DNA of 64,000 nt from Ministeria vibrans ATCC 50519. Taxonomy: Eukaryota; Protista; Filasterea. The stretch's first letter is position 1; every line of letters begins with the position of its first letter. The stretch covers positions 33,823-97,822 of the forward strand of contig CALSCP010002461.1 of assembly GCA_943704425.1 (NCBI GenBank), in the 5' to 3' direction. A program made the position numbers and the translations under genes. Of this stretch, positions 13,201-25,714 are shown in pieces. The notes below the pieces were generated by a model. The model was not told the origin of the DNA, ran no database searches, and saw only the letters and a list, made by a program, of their open reading frames with translations.

Positions 13201-16200
13201 TGGTTTTGAAGGCCAACGTATCCCGAGGAGGCGCGCTGCTGGAACTGCACCGAGTAGTACCAGCCGACGGAGCGCATGGCACGCGAGTGGTGCGCACACA
13301 GACGAGAGTAGAGCAGTCGGAAGTTGTCGGGAGAACCGACGATGAGCGTCTTGAGCAGACTGAAGGCGGCGCGACGCGTCGTCTCGTGCTTGCAGACGGG
13401 CGGACCGGACGGGCCGTGGTTCTCGACAGTGGGAATGTCAAAGAGACATCGATCGAAGAGGTCGTCAAGAACACGCAGTTGCTGCCCGACGTGGACCTTT
13501 GATGAGGTGGGTGAGCGACGCAAAAGCGTCTCGAGGAAGTAGAAGAGGCCACAGAGAACGTGGTCCTGTACGGTCTGATCATTGCGCTCGAGTACAGGTC
13601 GTCGACGAATGGCTGCCGCAGCCTGCTGACAGAGACGCTGGGACTCTTGCGGGTCGGCGTGCTCGGCGACAAGGTCGCACAGCAGGGAGAAGTACTGCTC
13701 ACACGAGTCGGCAGCCGTACCTTCCTCCACGAGAGGTAGAAAGTCAATGAGCTGCCGCGACAGCACGTTGACCATGTCGAGCATGCGCTGGTTCACAGCG
13801 GTGGTGGTGGTCGCCGACGAATCAGCGGGATCCCCCTGTCCAGCGTCGCCCTCCACGACCACCATGGCGGCAGCAATGGGAAGACGTTTCCAAAGCGCAC
13901 GCAGCGCCCACGATACTTGCATGCGAGTGTCTTCGTCGCCGGACAACAAGACGGCATGAAGCCACTGGGCAAGCTTGGGCTGTGCGCAGAAGGCCTGGAG
14001 TTCGCGCACTGAGCTGAGGCACAGACCCACAATGAGAGCCATAGTCTGACCACACACACCCTGTTGGCCAAGCTCGCCCAGATTGACAACGGTTGAGTCG
14101 ACCGCACCGTTGGTGTCATCGTCGTCGTCGGGGACGGGGGAAGGGAGCAAGGGACCAATCTGGGGTCCATCCACAACATCAAGGTCCATCGGCAACACAT
14201 CGTTCGAGTCGCTCACCTGCCGTTGGTGCAGCACAGTGGCTTTGACAGCACGATCGGGCAGCGACAACATTGAAGCAAGGTTCATTTCGGCGACACTCAT
14301 CAAAAGGTGCACAAAGGGCTCGTCACCACTGAGGCTTGACAGGGCACAGCCAGGGCGAAGCGGCAGCTCCTGAACGGTGCGTGCCGAAGAGGCATCGCGG
14401 TCGTCAGCGTAGTCAGCGCGAAACGAGAACGTGCCAAGCAGCTTGAGGAGGAGGCGAAGGCACGAGCGACGCAACTGGCGATCAATGGTACCCATGGAAG
14501 AACCGGCGGCGGACGTAAGACGCACAGCCTCACCAGTGCGCAACAAATGTACCAGATGGTGTACACCACCACGCTCCTCGAAGCGTGTACGCCAAGCGGA
14601 ACACACGCTGTTCGTCTCGCCCTTGGCCTGCGCCAGACTCTCGACAATTTGCAGACAGTACAGCAACTTGAAGGTGCTGGCACCATCGAGGAGAGCCGAC
14701 CAGCCCGTAGTGGGGTCTTCGGGGTTGTCGGGGAGCGCACGCAGACGCTCGAGCATGGCACGGTTGGTGGGCAGCTGCATGATAATTTCCCAGGCGACCT
14801 GGGCGAGCCCGTCGCGTGGATGACGCAGAAGTGCAAACAACTGGTCAAAGTGATTCGCTTGCGAGAGCATTCGCATTGGAATGGCCGACGGTGGCTCGTC
14901 AATGACCATTTCGGACATCGTTGGCTCGGTGGGAATGTCGCCGTCCTTGACGCCATCTGCGACGGGTGGTGTTGTCGGGGGTGTATTGTCGTCGGACATG
15001 GACGTATCCTTGGTCACGGGACGCACAACGCCCGCCGAAGTCACCTCCATGACATCGCGCGAGGCGGCCGTCGTCGAGGGCGACAGGTACATGGTTTGAA
15101 TGACCTCCTCGTCGACGACACCCACCTCGGCAAGGGTGCGCGTCTCCCACTCGCGCATGCAGTCCTTGCCCTTGCAAACAAAGCGAAAGGAACCGTTGGT
15201 ACGGTTCATGCGACGACGCAACTCGATCGAGGCTTGTGCGAGCGCATCACCAAAAGTGTCGTTACTGTAGAACTCGAGTTTGTGACGCACCATGCTGGTC
15301 GAAGTGAGTGAGAAGACAAGGCGAATGGGGTTGCCACGAGCGCGTGCACCGTGGCGCACCGTATTAGACTCGGCGAGCTCACGAGCATGCTTGTGCGAAA
15401 AGGTCTCGAGGAAGAGACGGATGAGCTTGAGCGAGCGTTCAATGAAGTAGCTGTGTTCCTGCGCGGCGGCCGGGTCGCTCTGTTCAGCGGCCCAGGCGGC
15501 CGCCAGGCGACGCATGCTTTCTTCGACAAACTCTTTGCGTCGCTCGCGCACCTGATCGCTGTTGAAGTTGTCGGGTGCCAGATTGAGATACAGTTGAATG
15601 AGCAGTGTGGACGAGTCTTTGGCGACAGTCTCGTCGGTGGCCGACAGAGCAAACATCCAGATTTGCTCGAGACCAATAAGATTGGGCGAGAGGACCAACG
15701 GCTCGCCGCCGTAGTGGTCAGGCTCGCGGTAGTGATTGGCACGACGATTGACACGGATGAACATCTTCTGAACAAGCCTGTAGGTGACACCAATGACATG
15801 GCGGAAATCCATGTTGGGCACACAGACGCGGAAGAGATGCTCGAGAACATCGGTCGACAGGGCATTGGCGCGACCCGACAGCTGCGACTCGAACCAAAGG
15901 ACGCATTTCTCTTGCTCCTCCTCGGTGAACGCGTCGATGACACACGAGTTCCAGAGTGCCTCGGCGTTGCTTGGCGTGAGCTGCACGGGAAACTCGAGGG
16001 TGGATTGACCAATAATGAAGGCGAGAAACTCGAGACGACCAGCAAGATGAACGCCATAGTAATCGCGGCAGATGAGTGGGTGCATCTTGGCCAGAGCAAC
16101 ACGAGCACTGCGATCTGTCTCACGACCATTGAGCATGCCAATGCGGAAGAATTCGGGCAGTGCGTGTTCCTTGAAGTGCACCAGGTCCTCAAAGAGCAAG

Positions 16201-18370
16201 TCTAGAAAGTTGTTGGCCTTGAGAAAGGACGCAATGACCTCGGCAACGGTGGGCACACGGTCGGGGTTATCAAGGTCCAGGTGGGTGTCAAGAGCAGCAT
16301 CGGCAGCAGAAGTATTAGCAGCAGCGGTAGCTGCAGTAGCTGCTGCATCGAGGGACGAAGAGGAGGGCGATGGGGCACCGCCGGAGGAGGCGGTGACATT
16401 TCGCAAGCGCTGTTGTGTGTGTGCCGACGTGACGGGGAAGGAGCTGAAGATTTTCATCATTACCAGGAGCGAGTCGTAGACGGTGGTGTGACGACGGACA
16501 TTGTCGAGGCAACGTTGGAGAAAGAGGGTGGCGAAGGGACGAGCACCCCTCAGCTCAAGGGCATTGGAAAGCATGCGACGTGCGTGGTGCGCGAGGTCCG
16601 AAGAGACCGCCGTGTCATCTTGAACGAGAGTCCAAAAGATGTCCAGTCCATAGGAGTGGTTTGATACGGGCTGGTCGAGACCGGGCGAAAAGGCGTCTGT
16701 GGTGATGCGATTGACAAGCTGAAGCGTCTGCAGATCGTACGACTCGGTAGTGAGCTTGGCAATGCGGTTGTAGAAAAGATGATCCACTTGATCGGGTTGT
16801 AAGTCACCCGGCAGTTCGCCCAGCACCGAAAAGAGCACATGTTGATACGACTCGTGCTGTCCCTACATAAAACAAATGAGTGAGTGAGTGAGTGAGTGAG
16901 TGTGTATGAAATGTGAACTAAGCAATTTTTCCGATACCTCCATGGAACCCCAAACCAAATCGAGATCGGCGGTGGTCAGCGAATTGGTGGAGGCAAGAAG
17001 ACGAAGAATGTCAACGGAGCGACGCACCACTTCGGTGTGAACGTGGTCACGGAACATGTGTGTGAGAAGATCGTTGTCACGCACAAACTGGACCAGGTGT
17101 TGGGGTGTGAGCCAGAAGACGGGAGGCTCGCGTGCGGGCTGTTGCGGTTGCATTGGACGATGATGAGGGTTCTGCAGTTGATACTGGCGCTGACGTGCGT
17201 CGGCGCGTGCAATGTCTTGGGCGATGTAGACATTTTGGATGTGTTCGCGAAACTCGCTCATTGCAAAGACACGCTTGTCCATGATGGAGGAGCGGAAACA
17301 GCGGTTAGCAAGTTCCAGGGCGAATCGCTCGGCGGTCTCGGCGGCCTCATTAAAAGGCAAGGTAGAATGGACGAGGTCGGTGAAGACGAGACGCACGCGA
17401 GCGAGCGACTGCTTGTCCTCGACCTTGAGTTGGTCCTCGGAGAGCGCGAGAATGAAGGAGGAGACGAGAGGCACAATCTTATGGGCCAAGTTGGTGGCAA
17501 AGGCCGAGTCGAGGTGATTGGCAGGGCGAGACAAGAGGAGCAAGAGGGCGCGAAGGCTGCCGAGCGAGAGGAAGTGTTTCTTGTTGGCGACCGAGAGGCG
17601 AAGGCGTTCGACGGCATTGGCAAAGCCATGAAGGGTGTGAAAGACGTTGATGTTGTCGAGGAGAAAGGAAGGGGTGTCGTCGTTGGCATTCGGGGTGCGG
17701 GTGACAACGCGCAACTTTGAGCCATTGGCGGCGGTGGAGGAGTGCGAGTAGTGAGGGCCCGAATGGTGCAAGTAGAAGGCATTGTACTTGTCGAAGAGGA
17801 GGCGCGACGTGATCTCGTAAAGGAGGGGGAAGTCGCATGTCTTGATCGACTGTGCAACAAAGGCAACGGCAGCTTGGAAAAGATCCTGAACGGCGATTGC
17901 CGCCTGGTCGGTGTGCTGAGGGTTGCGCTTGATGAGTGCGACCAGACAGGTCGGAAGGCCCTCATTGAGAAAGTATGAATGGGCGTCGGAAAGAGGCGCC
18001 TGGGGGTTGAAGTTTTTGGTGACCTCGTTAAACATGGCGCGCACAGTGTTGCAAGCGAGGAGAGCATCGTCATCTACAGCAATAATACAATAAAATTAGA
18101 TTGTTGTTGTCGACGAGACGCAATCTCCTTCTTCTTCTTCTTCTTCTCTCTCTGTCTCACCTCGCTTGAGAATCTCGCTGCAATTGAAAACGCGCTCTTT
18201 GCATTCGTCAAGGGCTTGTCGAGCTGCTGCCTGAGCTGCATCTTGCATATCTGTCAAGCGGGACGAACAAGATGGAAAGTAGTGAGAGGTTGAGGAACAT
18301 TGAGAGAATAATATCTCACGCGCCAGTCGGGCGCGACTGTTGGGTGGGGGGGGAGGGGAGGGCGGGACAT
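7291..18370 (-). CDS. USP34: Very large ubiquitin-specific protease, USP34-like (USP9X/24/34 group)
   Basis: Cys box GYVGLQNQGATCYMNSLLQQ (about 13170-13225), QMDVDEFF, HLKRFEFD, His box HTGTADSGHYYSF (about 12305-12345), SAYMLFYER. The C-terminal NCNWAFDYL region resembles USP34. Start is either Met 18248 or 18370. Confidence 0.85.
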
Positions 18371-18775
18371 CGTTGGCTCATACTGAGACAGGCAATCGAG
18401 GAGGGGTGGGGTGCAAGGGAATGAGAGGGAAGAGAGCGAAAAAATAAAATAAAAAATATAATAATGACTGTCATTTGGACAGAAAGAATGAGAATGAGCA
18501 GCTGTTGAGTGAGTGGACGGAGAAGAATGCAATGCGGGGGAAGGGTTGGGGGGTGGGGTGAATGAAGGGGCGCAGAGGACGAGGAAGGAGAGGCAAAGGA
18601 GAGTTGATGTTCGTGAAACGGTCGACTGGAGTCGTGTCGACACGCTCGCACGCGCATCGTGGGGGGCGCCAGGGGGCAGCAGACGGTGGGAGAAACCGCA
18701 CTGGGGCATTCGAGATGGACGCGGCAGGACGCCACAGCGCAGCGCGAGAGAACAGGAGACGGACGAAGATCATCA

Positions 18776-18810
<35 letters not shown>

Positions 18811-18849
18811 AAAAGGGAAAGGAAAAGAAAAAAATGAGTGCGCGCTGAC

Positions 18850-19024
18850 CTTTCTTGGTCTTCTTGTCGGCAGCAGCGGCAGCGGCAGCGACAGCAGCGG
18901 GATCAACCACATCGTCGAGTTCAATGCCAAACTGGAAACAGAGCTCTTCCACTTCAGGATTGGTCATGGCCGGACGTCCAATGGCTGCCAGGAAGGGCGT
19001 CTTGTCGACAGCTACAGTTGGCAT
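18850..19024 (-). CDS. FARSB: PheRS beta first coding exon, remote from the rest of the gene
   Basis: MPTVAVDKTPFLAAIGRPAMTNPEVEELCFQFGIELDD is the canonical eukaryotic PheRS beta N-terminus. The 175-nt exon ends in phase 1 at AAA G|GTCAG. Confidence 0.9.
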
Positions 19025-19130
19025 CTTGGCGGTTTCGATCGGCACAAATTTATGTGTTTAGTGAATTAGTGTGGTGTGAGAATATTCAAAGTATCTAATG
19101 ACTATAATAATTATTCATCATTGTTTTTGA

Positions 19131-20453
19131 ATGTCTTTTCTCTTATTCTTTGCCCTCCTGCCTCTTCACCTGGCTGGCGCCCTCGACTGCTCAATCACAG
19201 ACTATGGCGCTGTGGGGGACAACTCTACGCTTAACACAATCGCCTTCCAGCGTGCTATTTCGGACTGGTACAGTTGTGCGTGTGAGTTGTCAACATCTCA
19301 ATGCCCCTCTGTCTCTCCTTCTCTCTCTGTGTGTGTCTCTCTCGTCACCTATAGCCACTCACGCTCGCCACTTGCCTCGACTGTGATTGTGCCGTCAGGT
19401 GGCATCTTTGTGACTGCCCCGTTCAACCTCACATCCAACATGACACTGCGTGTGGACGGCACACTGGCCGGCTCAACCAATGCGATGGACTACCCTCTCG
19501 TCCGTTCCTTACCGGTCTCAAGCAAACCCATGTGGCAGGCTCTCGTTGCCGTCTACTACGCCGAGAACGTTGCCATTGTGGGCACAGGCACCATAGACGG
19601 TCGAGGAGCGCCGTGGTGGCGAAATTTCACGGCGGGCACGCTGAAACACCAGCGTCCAAAACTCGTCGAGCCAGTCTACGTGCGCAACCTCACCATTGCC
19701 AACGTGACCCTACGCGACTCTCCCTTCTGGACACTGCACCCAACCTTTTGCCAGGACGTCGTTATCCGCGGCGTGACCACCCTGGCTCCACGGCCCGTGG
19801 GCAACACAGACGGCATAGACGTGGACGCGTGTCAGGATGTCCTTGTGGAAGAGTGTCATGTGGACGTGGGCGACGACGGCATCTGCGTCAAGAGCGGCAC
19901 CGACTTTTCTGGCAAAGCAGTCATGGCGGCGCGCATTCTCATCCGCCATTGCAACATTGTGTCGCGCAACTTTGCCATTGGCTCGGACACAAGTGGCGGG
20001 ATTGTCAATGTCACGCTCGAAGACACACGCATCGGAAACGACCAAGGCTCATCGCCGTGGGCCATTAAAATCAAATCTCACGAGGCATATACCACCGCCG
20101 TGCGCAACATTACCTTCCAGCGCATTCAGATGGGCCGCATTGCCCCGAACACATACCAACAGCCCAACGGCGGCACAGCCATCCAGATGTACATGACATA
20201 CGGTTCACCACCATCACCATCACCATCCCGTGTCCATACCATCTTTGCACCCATCTTCAGCGGCATTGCTTTCATCAATGTCACCGCAACCAGTGCCGTG
20301 GCGCCTGGTTCCCTTGTGGGACTCGCCCAGTCGCCCATTCACCAGCTTACCCTCCAAAACGTCGACATTCCGTCCGCTCACTCGTGGCACTGCCAATTTG
20401 TCGACCCACCCCGTGTTGCCCGCAATGTCACTCCGCCATTTTGTAAAACATAA
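19131..20453 (+). CDS. Secreted GH28 polygalacturonase-family enzyme
   Basis: Signal peptide; ITDYGAVGD, PFNLTSNMTL, GTIDGRG, SPFWTLHP, NTDGIDVD, GDDGICVKSG, IKIKS; one short intron near 19268-19354. Confidence 0.9.
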   Translation: MSFLLFFALLPLHLAGALDCSITDYGAVGDNSTLNTIAFQRAISDWYSCACELSTSQCPSVSPSLSVCVSLVTYSHSRSPLASTVIVPSGGIFVTAPFNLTSNMTLRVDGTLAGSTNAMDYPLVRSLPVSSKPMWQALVAVYYAENVAIVGTGTIDGRGAPWWRNFTAGTLKHQRPKLVEPVYVRNLTIANVTLRDSPFWTLHPTFCQDVVIRGVTTLAPRPVGNTDGIDVDACQDVLVEECHVDVGDDGICVKSGTDFSGKAVMAARILIRHCNIVSRNFAIGSDTSGGIVNVTLEDTRIGNDQGSSPWAIKIKSHEAYTTAVRNITFQRIQMGRIAPNTYQQPNGGTAIQMYMTYGSPPSPSPSRVHTIFAPIFSGIAFINVTATSAVAPGSLVGLAQSPIHQLTLQNVDIPSAHSWHCQFVDPPRVARNVTPPFCKT

Positions 20454-20558
20454 CAAACTCACAAAATAATGTTTTTTTTCCGGTATACTTATATTGATTT
20501 GTAATGTACTACGTGAGTGGAGTGAGTGAGTGTGTGTGTGTGTGTGTGTTTGGTTCGT

Positions 20559-22381
20559 TCAGCGTCGTCTGTCGCGGTCTCGGTCATAATCTCGTTCTCG
20601 CTGGTACGACGATGAAGATGAGGAAGACGACGGTCGGTCTCTCTCTCGGTAGTGTCCGCGTGAGTCTCTTTGTGAGTCTCTGTGCGAGTCTCGGTGCGAG
20701 CCTCTGTGTGAGTCCCTGTGAGAGTCTCTGTGCGAGTCCCTGTGAGAGTCTCTGTGCGAGTCCCTGTGAGAGTCTCTGTGCGAGTCCCTGTGAGAGTAGT
20801 CTTTGCGTGCATCTCCGTCGCGCGAGCGCTCATGAGGGGCATCGTCTGCGTACTTTGCACGCTCCTTCTCTCTCTTTCTGCGCTCCCTGCGCGCCTCCTC
20901 CTCATCAAACACCATCGCATAGTCCTTGCCGCCATGCTGTCCATGGCCACCCTTGCGCCCTTCCTTTAGCACCATCCGCGCACCTCCACCTCCTCCGCTC
21001 TTGTGCCCGCCTGCACCCCCCACACGCGACACACTCTGACTGAAATCCACCATAATCCGTCGGTCGTCAATCAGCACATTGTTCATCTTGAAATACGCCT
21101 CTGCCAAAGTACAAAAAAAACGGGTTATCACACACAATTCAAAAAAAAAGCTCCTACTCACCTTCACAGTCCTTTTCCTTCTCAAACTCCACAAATGCGT
21201 ATTGAAGAGAATCGCCCGTTTTCGCATCGCGAATAATCTCACAACTGAAAAAAGCAGTTGAATCACTTAATCACTCACTCGTGTACATATATATATACAT
21301 AATTATATATATTATATATATATTATACACTACCACCCACAGATACCTTTTGATTGGTCCAAAACGACCAAAAATCATTTCCAAGTCGGCGTCGCGGGTG
21401 ACGGGATTGAGCTTACACACAAAGAGAACTGTGTCGGGCGGTCGCACATCCGCATCTGCAATGTCCCCAACCATCTCCAGAATCTGCGCCCGCGCCTGCG
21501 CCTCCCGCTGTGCTATCAGCTCCGCCATCTCTTCTTCCGTCCTACACAACAGCAGCAACAGCATTGAGAAATTTGTGTGGTTTCTGTCTCTCTTATTTTT
21601 TTCTCCTCCCTCGTACGTACTTTCCTTCAAGATCATCAATGTTCTCGTCGTCGGCAATGCGAACAGTCTGCAATACACAACCATTGATGTTAGGGAAGGG
21701 GGGCGGGGGGGGTTCGTTGCTATTCGATTCGATTTGTCTCTTTCTCACGAATGTCTCACCTTGAGCTGTTCGTCGGTTGGCTCGGGGGAGCGCGAGGGCG
21801 CGCGAAAGTTAGGAGGATCGTCAAAGGGATCGTCGAGGACAATGGTGTGCTTGATGCGGATGTCCTGGTAGGGCCGGTGGTCTTTGTCGGTGAAGGCAGC
21901 ATTGATCTTGTCCAGCGTCGCAAACGACTCGTCCTCGACCACCCGCCCAAATACGGTGTGCCGTCCATCGAGGTAGTCGAGGTTGTCGGCAAGCGTAATG
22001 AAGAACTGCGAGCCGTTGCAGTCGGGCCCGCGCGACGCCATGCTCACCGTCCCGCGCTGCGTGTGCTTCAGATGCTTGTGCTTCTCGTCGACGAAAAACC
22101 GCTTCGCTGCGCCCTGCAGCTGCCTGGAGAGGACACACAAACACAGTCAGTCGCCGCACACACACACATACACACACGTGCGTCGCTACCCGTAGATGGA
22201 GTCGCCGCCATCGGCACGCCCCAGCGGATCGCCCGTTTGCGCAATGAAGTTTTGCTCGACGCGATGAAACGGCGAGAAGTTGTAGTACTTGGCGGTGCAC
22301 AGCTTAAGGAAGTTGGTGGTCGCTGTCAACGTACACACACGAGAGAGGGGAGAGAGGGGAGGGTGAGGGAAGAGAGAGATA

Positions 22382-22473
<92 letters not shown>

Positions 22474-22579
22474 AGAGAAGGAACAGATTGACACAAACGT
22501 TCGTCGTACTAATGGGACAATCATCCACAAAGAGATCAATAGTAATGTCCCCAAGGGAGGTTTCAATAAGGACCGACAT
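20559..22579 (-). CDS. PPIL4: Cyclophilin-RRM protein PPIL4 / CYP59-like
   Basis: [73 protein letters not shown]; [13 protein letters not shown]; [24 protein letters not shown]; R/D/H-rich tail. Confidence 0.95.
20655..20800 (-). repeat. Coding tandem repeat (HRDS)n in PPIL4 tail
   Basis: 12/24-bp units such as gagtccctgtgagagtctctgtgc on the + strand. Confidence 0.9.
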
Positions 22580-22680
22580 TACCAAACAAAAGAAAAGAAT
22601 TTGAAGGTGAAGACAAACAATTTCCCTTTGAGTGTTGAGATTTGAGTGAATATTGAATAAAATTATTATTTTTTTGTGAG

Positions 22681-23635
22681 ATGAATCGTCGCCCTGACCA
22701 TCTTCCTCCGCTGACGGGCGCTCGATCAAGTCGTTCGCGGCGCCTTCAGATGTTAGAACAGGACATTCAGGCGGAGGAGAAGGTGCTGCGTGCTGTCCCT
22801 CATAATCAGTCGAAATTGCGTCGCCGGGCAACGACGACGGGGGCACCTCACTCAGTGTCGCTCGCGTCGACTCCCGCACCCGCTCCCGTTGCGGCAAACA
22901 GACACCATCGGCTTCAAAGGGCCCACTCGCAAGAGTTGCTTGGCTCGTCGGAGACTCTGGTGCGGCGCGACAATTCAATGGAATGTGCAAGGAATGGAGC
23001 GCATTCCGTCACCGCAAACTCCTTTGGCGAGCGTCTGTCGGCGCTCCAAAGCCGCGTACAGGGCGCACAGGGTGACCAGTCACGCTTGGCCGGCCTGGAA
23101 ATGCTGATCAGGAGCGAGGAGAGCGAACTTGTCACACAACTCAAAAAAGAACAAAAGCTTCTTCACCGCCTCGAAATGACCTTTTCGTCGGGCCGCTCCT
23201 CCAACGAGATGCGACACAGCCCCCGAAGCACCGAGACGACGCCGTTGGAGCCCACAGCAACGTCACGCCAGACGTTACAGCTCAAGCGCGCCTTCTCAAC
23301 CCCCACCTCGAGCTCCTCCTCTCCCTCCTCCTCCTCCTCGCCCGGCTCACCCTTCAGCCCCTCGTCCACCAAGCAGCCGCCCGCTCGTCGACGTCGACGT
23401 GCCAACACCAGCGACATTGCCAGTCCCGCGCCCGACATGCACATGGCGCATGAGCCGGTAATGACGAGCTCACTCGAGAGTCGCTCCACCAGCATTCCCG
23501 AAGTGGACGAGCTAACCGGAGGAAATATTAATGGAACCCAAACACGTGCACCCACCGTCAAGAAGAGCTCGTCTCTCCTGTCGCTATTCCGTCGACGCTC
23601 ACGCCGTTCCCCCGAACCCAATCTTCTCCAGCGCC

Positions 23636-23669
<34 letters not shown>

Positions 23670-24294
23670 CGAGGCAACTCCTCATGATCAGCATATGGAC
23701 GTCGACGTGTCTCCCAGCACTAGTGACAACTCCGACGACGGCACCTTTTATCCAGCCCCATTCACGCTCTCAACAGCGCCCCCACGCCTTCCCCCCGTAC
23801 CTAACCGTAAACCCACCCGTACCCCTCCTCCCATCACCCTCCCTTTAAATATGGCAACCGCAACGTCCTCGCCAGTTCCTCCCCCCAAAATAGCCCTCAA
23901 GTCAGTCGCATTTACCCTCAATGACGAGTTCCCCGCACACCAGTCCCTCCCGCTCAAAGAGTGTCCCGAATGCGGTCGTCGCTTTGCTCCTGAGCGACTT
24001 GCCCGCCACTCAGTCGCATGTGCAAAGCAGAAGAAACCTCGAAAGCAATTTGACGCGAAAAAGATGCGCTTGCAAGTAACAACAGAAAACACAAATCCAC
24101 AGTTCTATATATATATACTAACTCAATACGTGGTGACATAGGGCACCGAAGCAGAAGCACTGCAAAAGCAACAGAAAGTACAGAAGACGGTCAAAAGCAC
24201 CGAGGGGAGTAAGGGAACACACAAGAAACGTGATTGGCGCAAAGCACACGAAGACTTTATTGCGACCATCAGAGCTGCACGCAGAGCTCAGTAG
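22681..24294 (+). CDS. C2HC zinc-finger protein (ZC2HC1-like) with long disordered N-terminus
   Basis: CPECGRRFAPERLARHSVACAK..RKQFDAKKMRLQ|GTE..DWRKAHEDFIATIRAAR matches the ZC2HC1 family signature. Confidence 0.8.
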
Positions 24295-24386
24295 TATAAG
24301 AGAGATAAAAAGAGAGAGATAGGGAAACAAAGTGATAGAGAGAGCTACATCATTAATAATAATATTTATTGCTATTTTTAATACAC

Positions 24387-25714
24387 TCAATTCGGGCTTG
24401 GACCAAAGGCACAGTGGCCCATTGGGTATGAACCGGTGGGGAGTGTGCCGGTGACGTCGAGCGACTGGCGGCGGTAGTCGTAGGTATAAGCCATGTAGAG
24501 GGACGCATCGGCGGCAGTGGATTTCTTGAGGGGTCCCAGGGCCATTGTGAGGCGCATGGTCGACTGGTCGAGTGCAGACCATCCGTTGAGCTGCAGCGCG
24601 TCGCTGCTGATGGGCCGCGTCTGCATCACCTGCTGGTCGCCCGCCGAGGGGTTCACCATCAGCACGTTGCATTCGCCTTGGAAGGTGCACCGTGGGCTCA
24701 CGTACAGATACGACTTCTTGTCGAACGACCAGTCGAGACTGCGCCGATCCACTGTGCTGTTGAGCGCACTACCCAACTCGATGCGCTGTGTCTCCTTGCC
24801 TGTGAGCACTGAATACGACACCAGAGCAAAGGAAGCGGGCGTAGTGGAATCTTTTCTCAGCGTGAAGGTGAACCAGTGGTTGTCTGGTTGCCACGCACAG
24901 CGGGTGGGCAATGGACTCTCGCTATATAACCAAAAACAGACCCTTAAAAGTCGCACTTGTTTCCAACTTCCTCCTACCTCTCGTCGTGAATGAGGGGCGT
25001 CTCGCGTGTGACTTCACCCGTGATAGGATCAACCAGGATGAACGACTTGATCGTCTGCGAGTAGGTCCACACAGGGGCGGTGGAACTCGACGAGTCAAAG
25101 CCCAGACACGTACAGCCATCGTGGTCAACTTCAGGCACAGGCAGCGACGCGTCCTTGCGGTGGATCGCCGCCTCCTTCACCGTCGGGTGGTCGAAGGTAG
25201 ACACGCGCATGATGGCACCGCCAGGGTTGGAGGGAGCGATCTAGATGAGAGAGAGGAAGCGGCGCCAATTGTTGGGTATGGGTCTAATGACAAACAGAAA
25301 CAGCAGCACTGTACCTGCACCATTGCGGAAGACGACGCGTACGCCGAGTAGGAGATCTGCGACGCATAGCTATTTCCCATACGGAGTTCGGTGTACGGCT
25401 CAAAGCTGCCGTCGGTGCTGTTGAGAGGATAAACTCCACGGAACAAACTGCCGCGAATCGTCTAATATTAAGAAGAGGAGAGAACGAATGTCATCTGAGG
25501 GACAGGGAACGAAGGCGACAGACCGGCGCGTGCAGGTGTGGCGGGTGTTCTGCCTGCACACGGCCGGCGCGCGCAGGTGTGGGTGCGGGAGGGGTGTTGG
25601 AGCAGAATTTCAGCAGAATAGACTTACGTCGAATACTTCGCCATAGAGCACGTCGGCTGCGACTGGGGACGCCACCAGAGCAATTGCAGCAAGTGTGGCC
25701 ACAACCGAGTTCAT
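24387..25714 (-). CDS. Secreted hypothetical protein, 4 exons
   Basis: MNSVVATLAAIALVASPVAADVLYGEVFD|TIRGSLFRGVYP..AMVQ|IAPSNPGGAIMRV..; GT-AG junctions in frame; beta-rich sequence. Confidence 0.65.

Noticed and set aside
9306-17978. Many long antisense and alternate-frame ORFs over USP34 and other genes
   Set aside because: Expected shadows of GC-rich codon usage; no independent motifs
20655-20800. Regular repeat superficially like a CRISPR array
   Set aside because: No unique spacers; it encodes the HRDS repeats of PPIL4
25520-25595. Short direct repeat ccggcgcg(t/c)gcaggtgtgg in an intron
   Set aside because: Only two copies; likely a local duplication with no evident function
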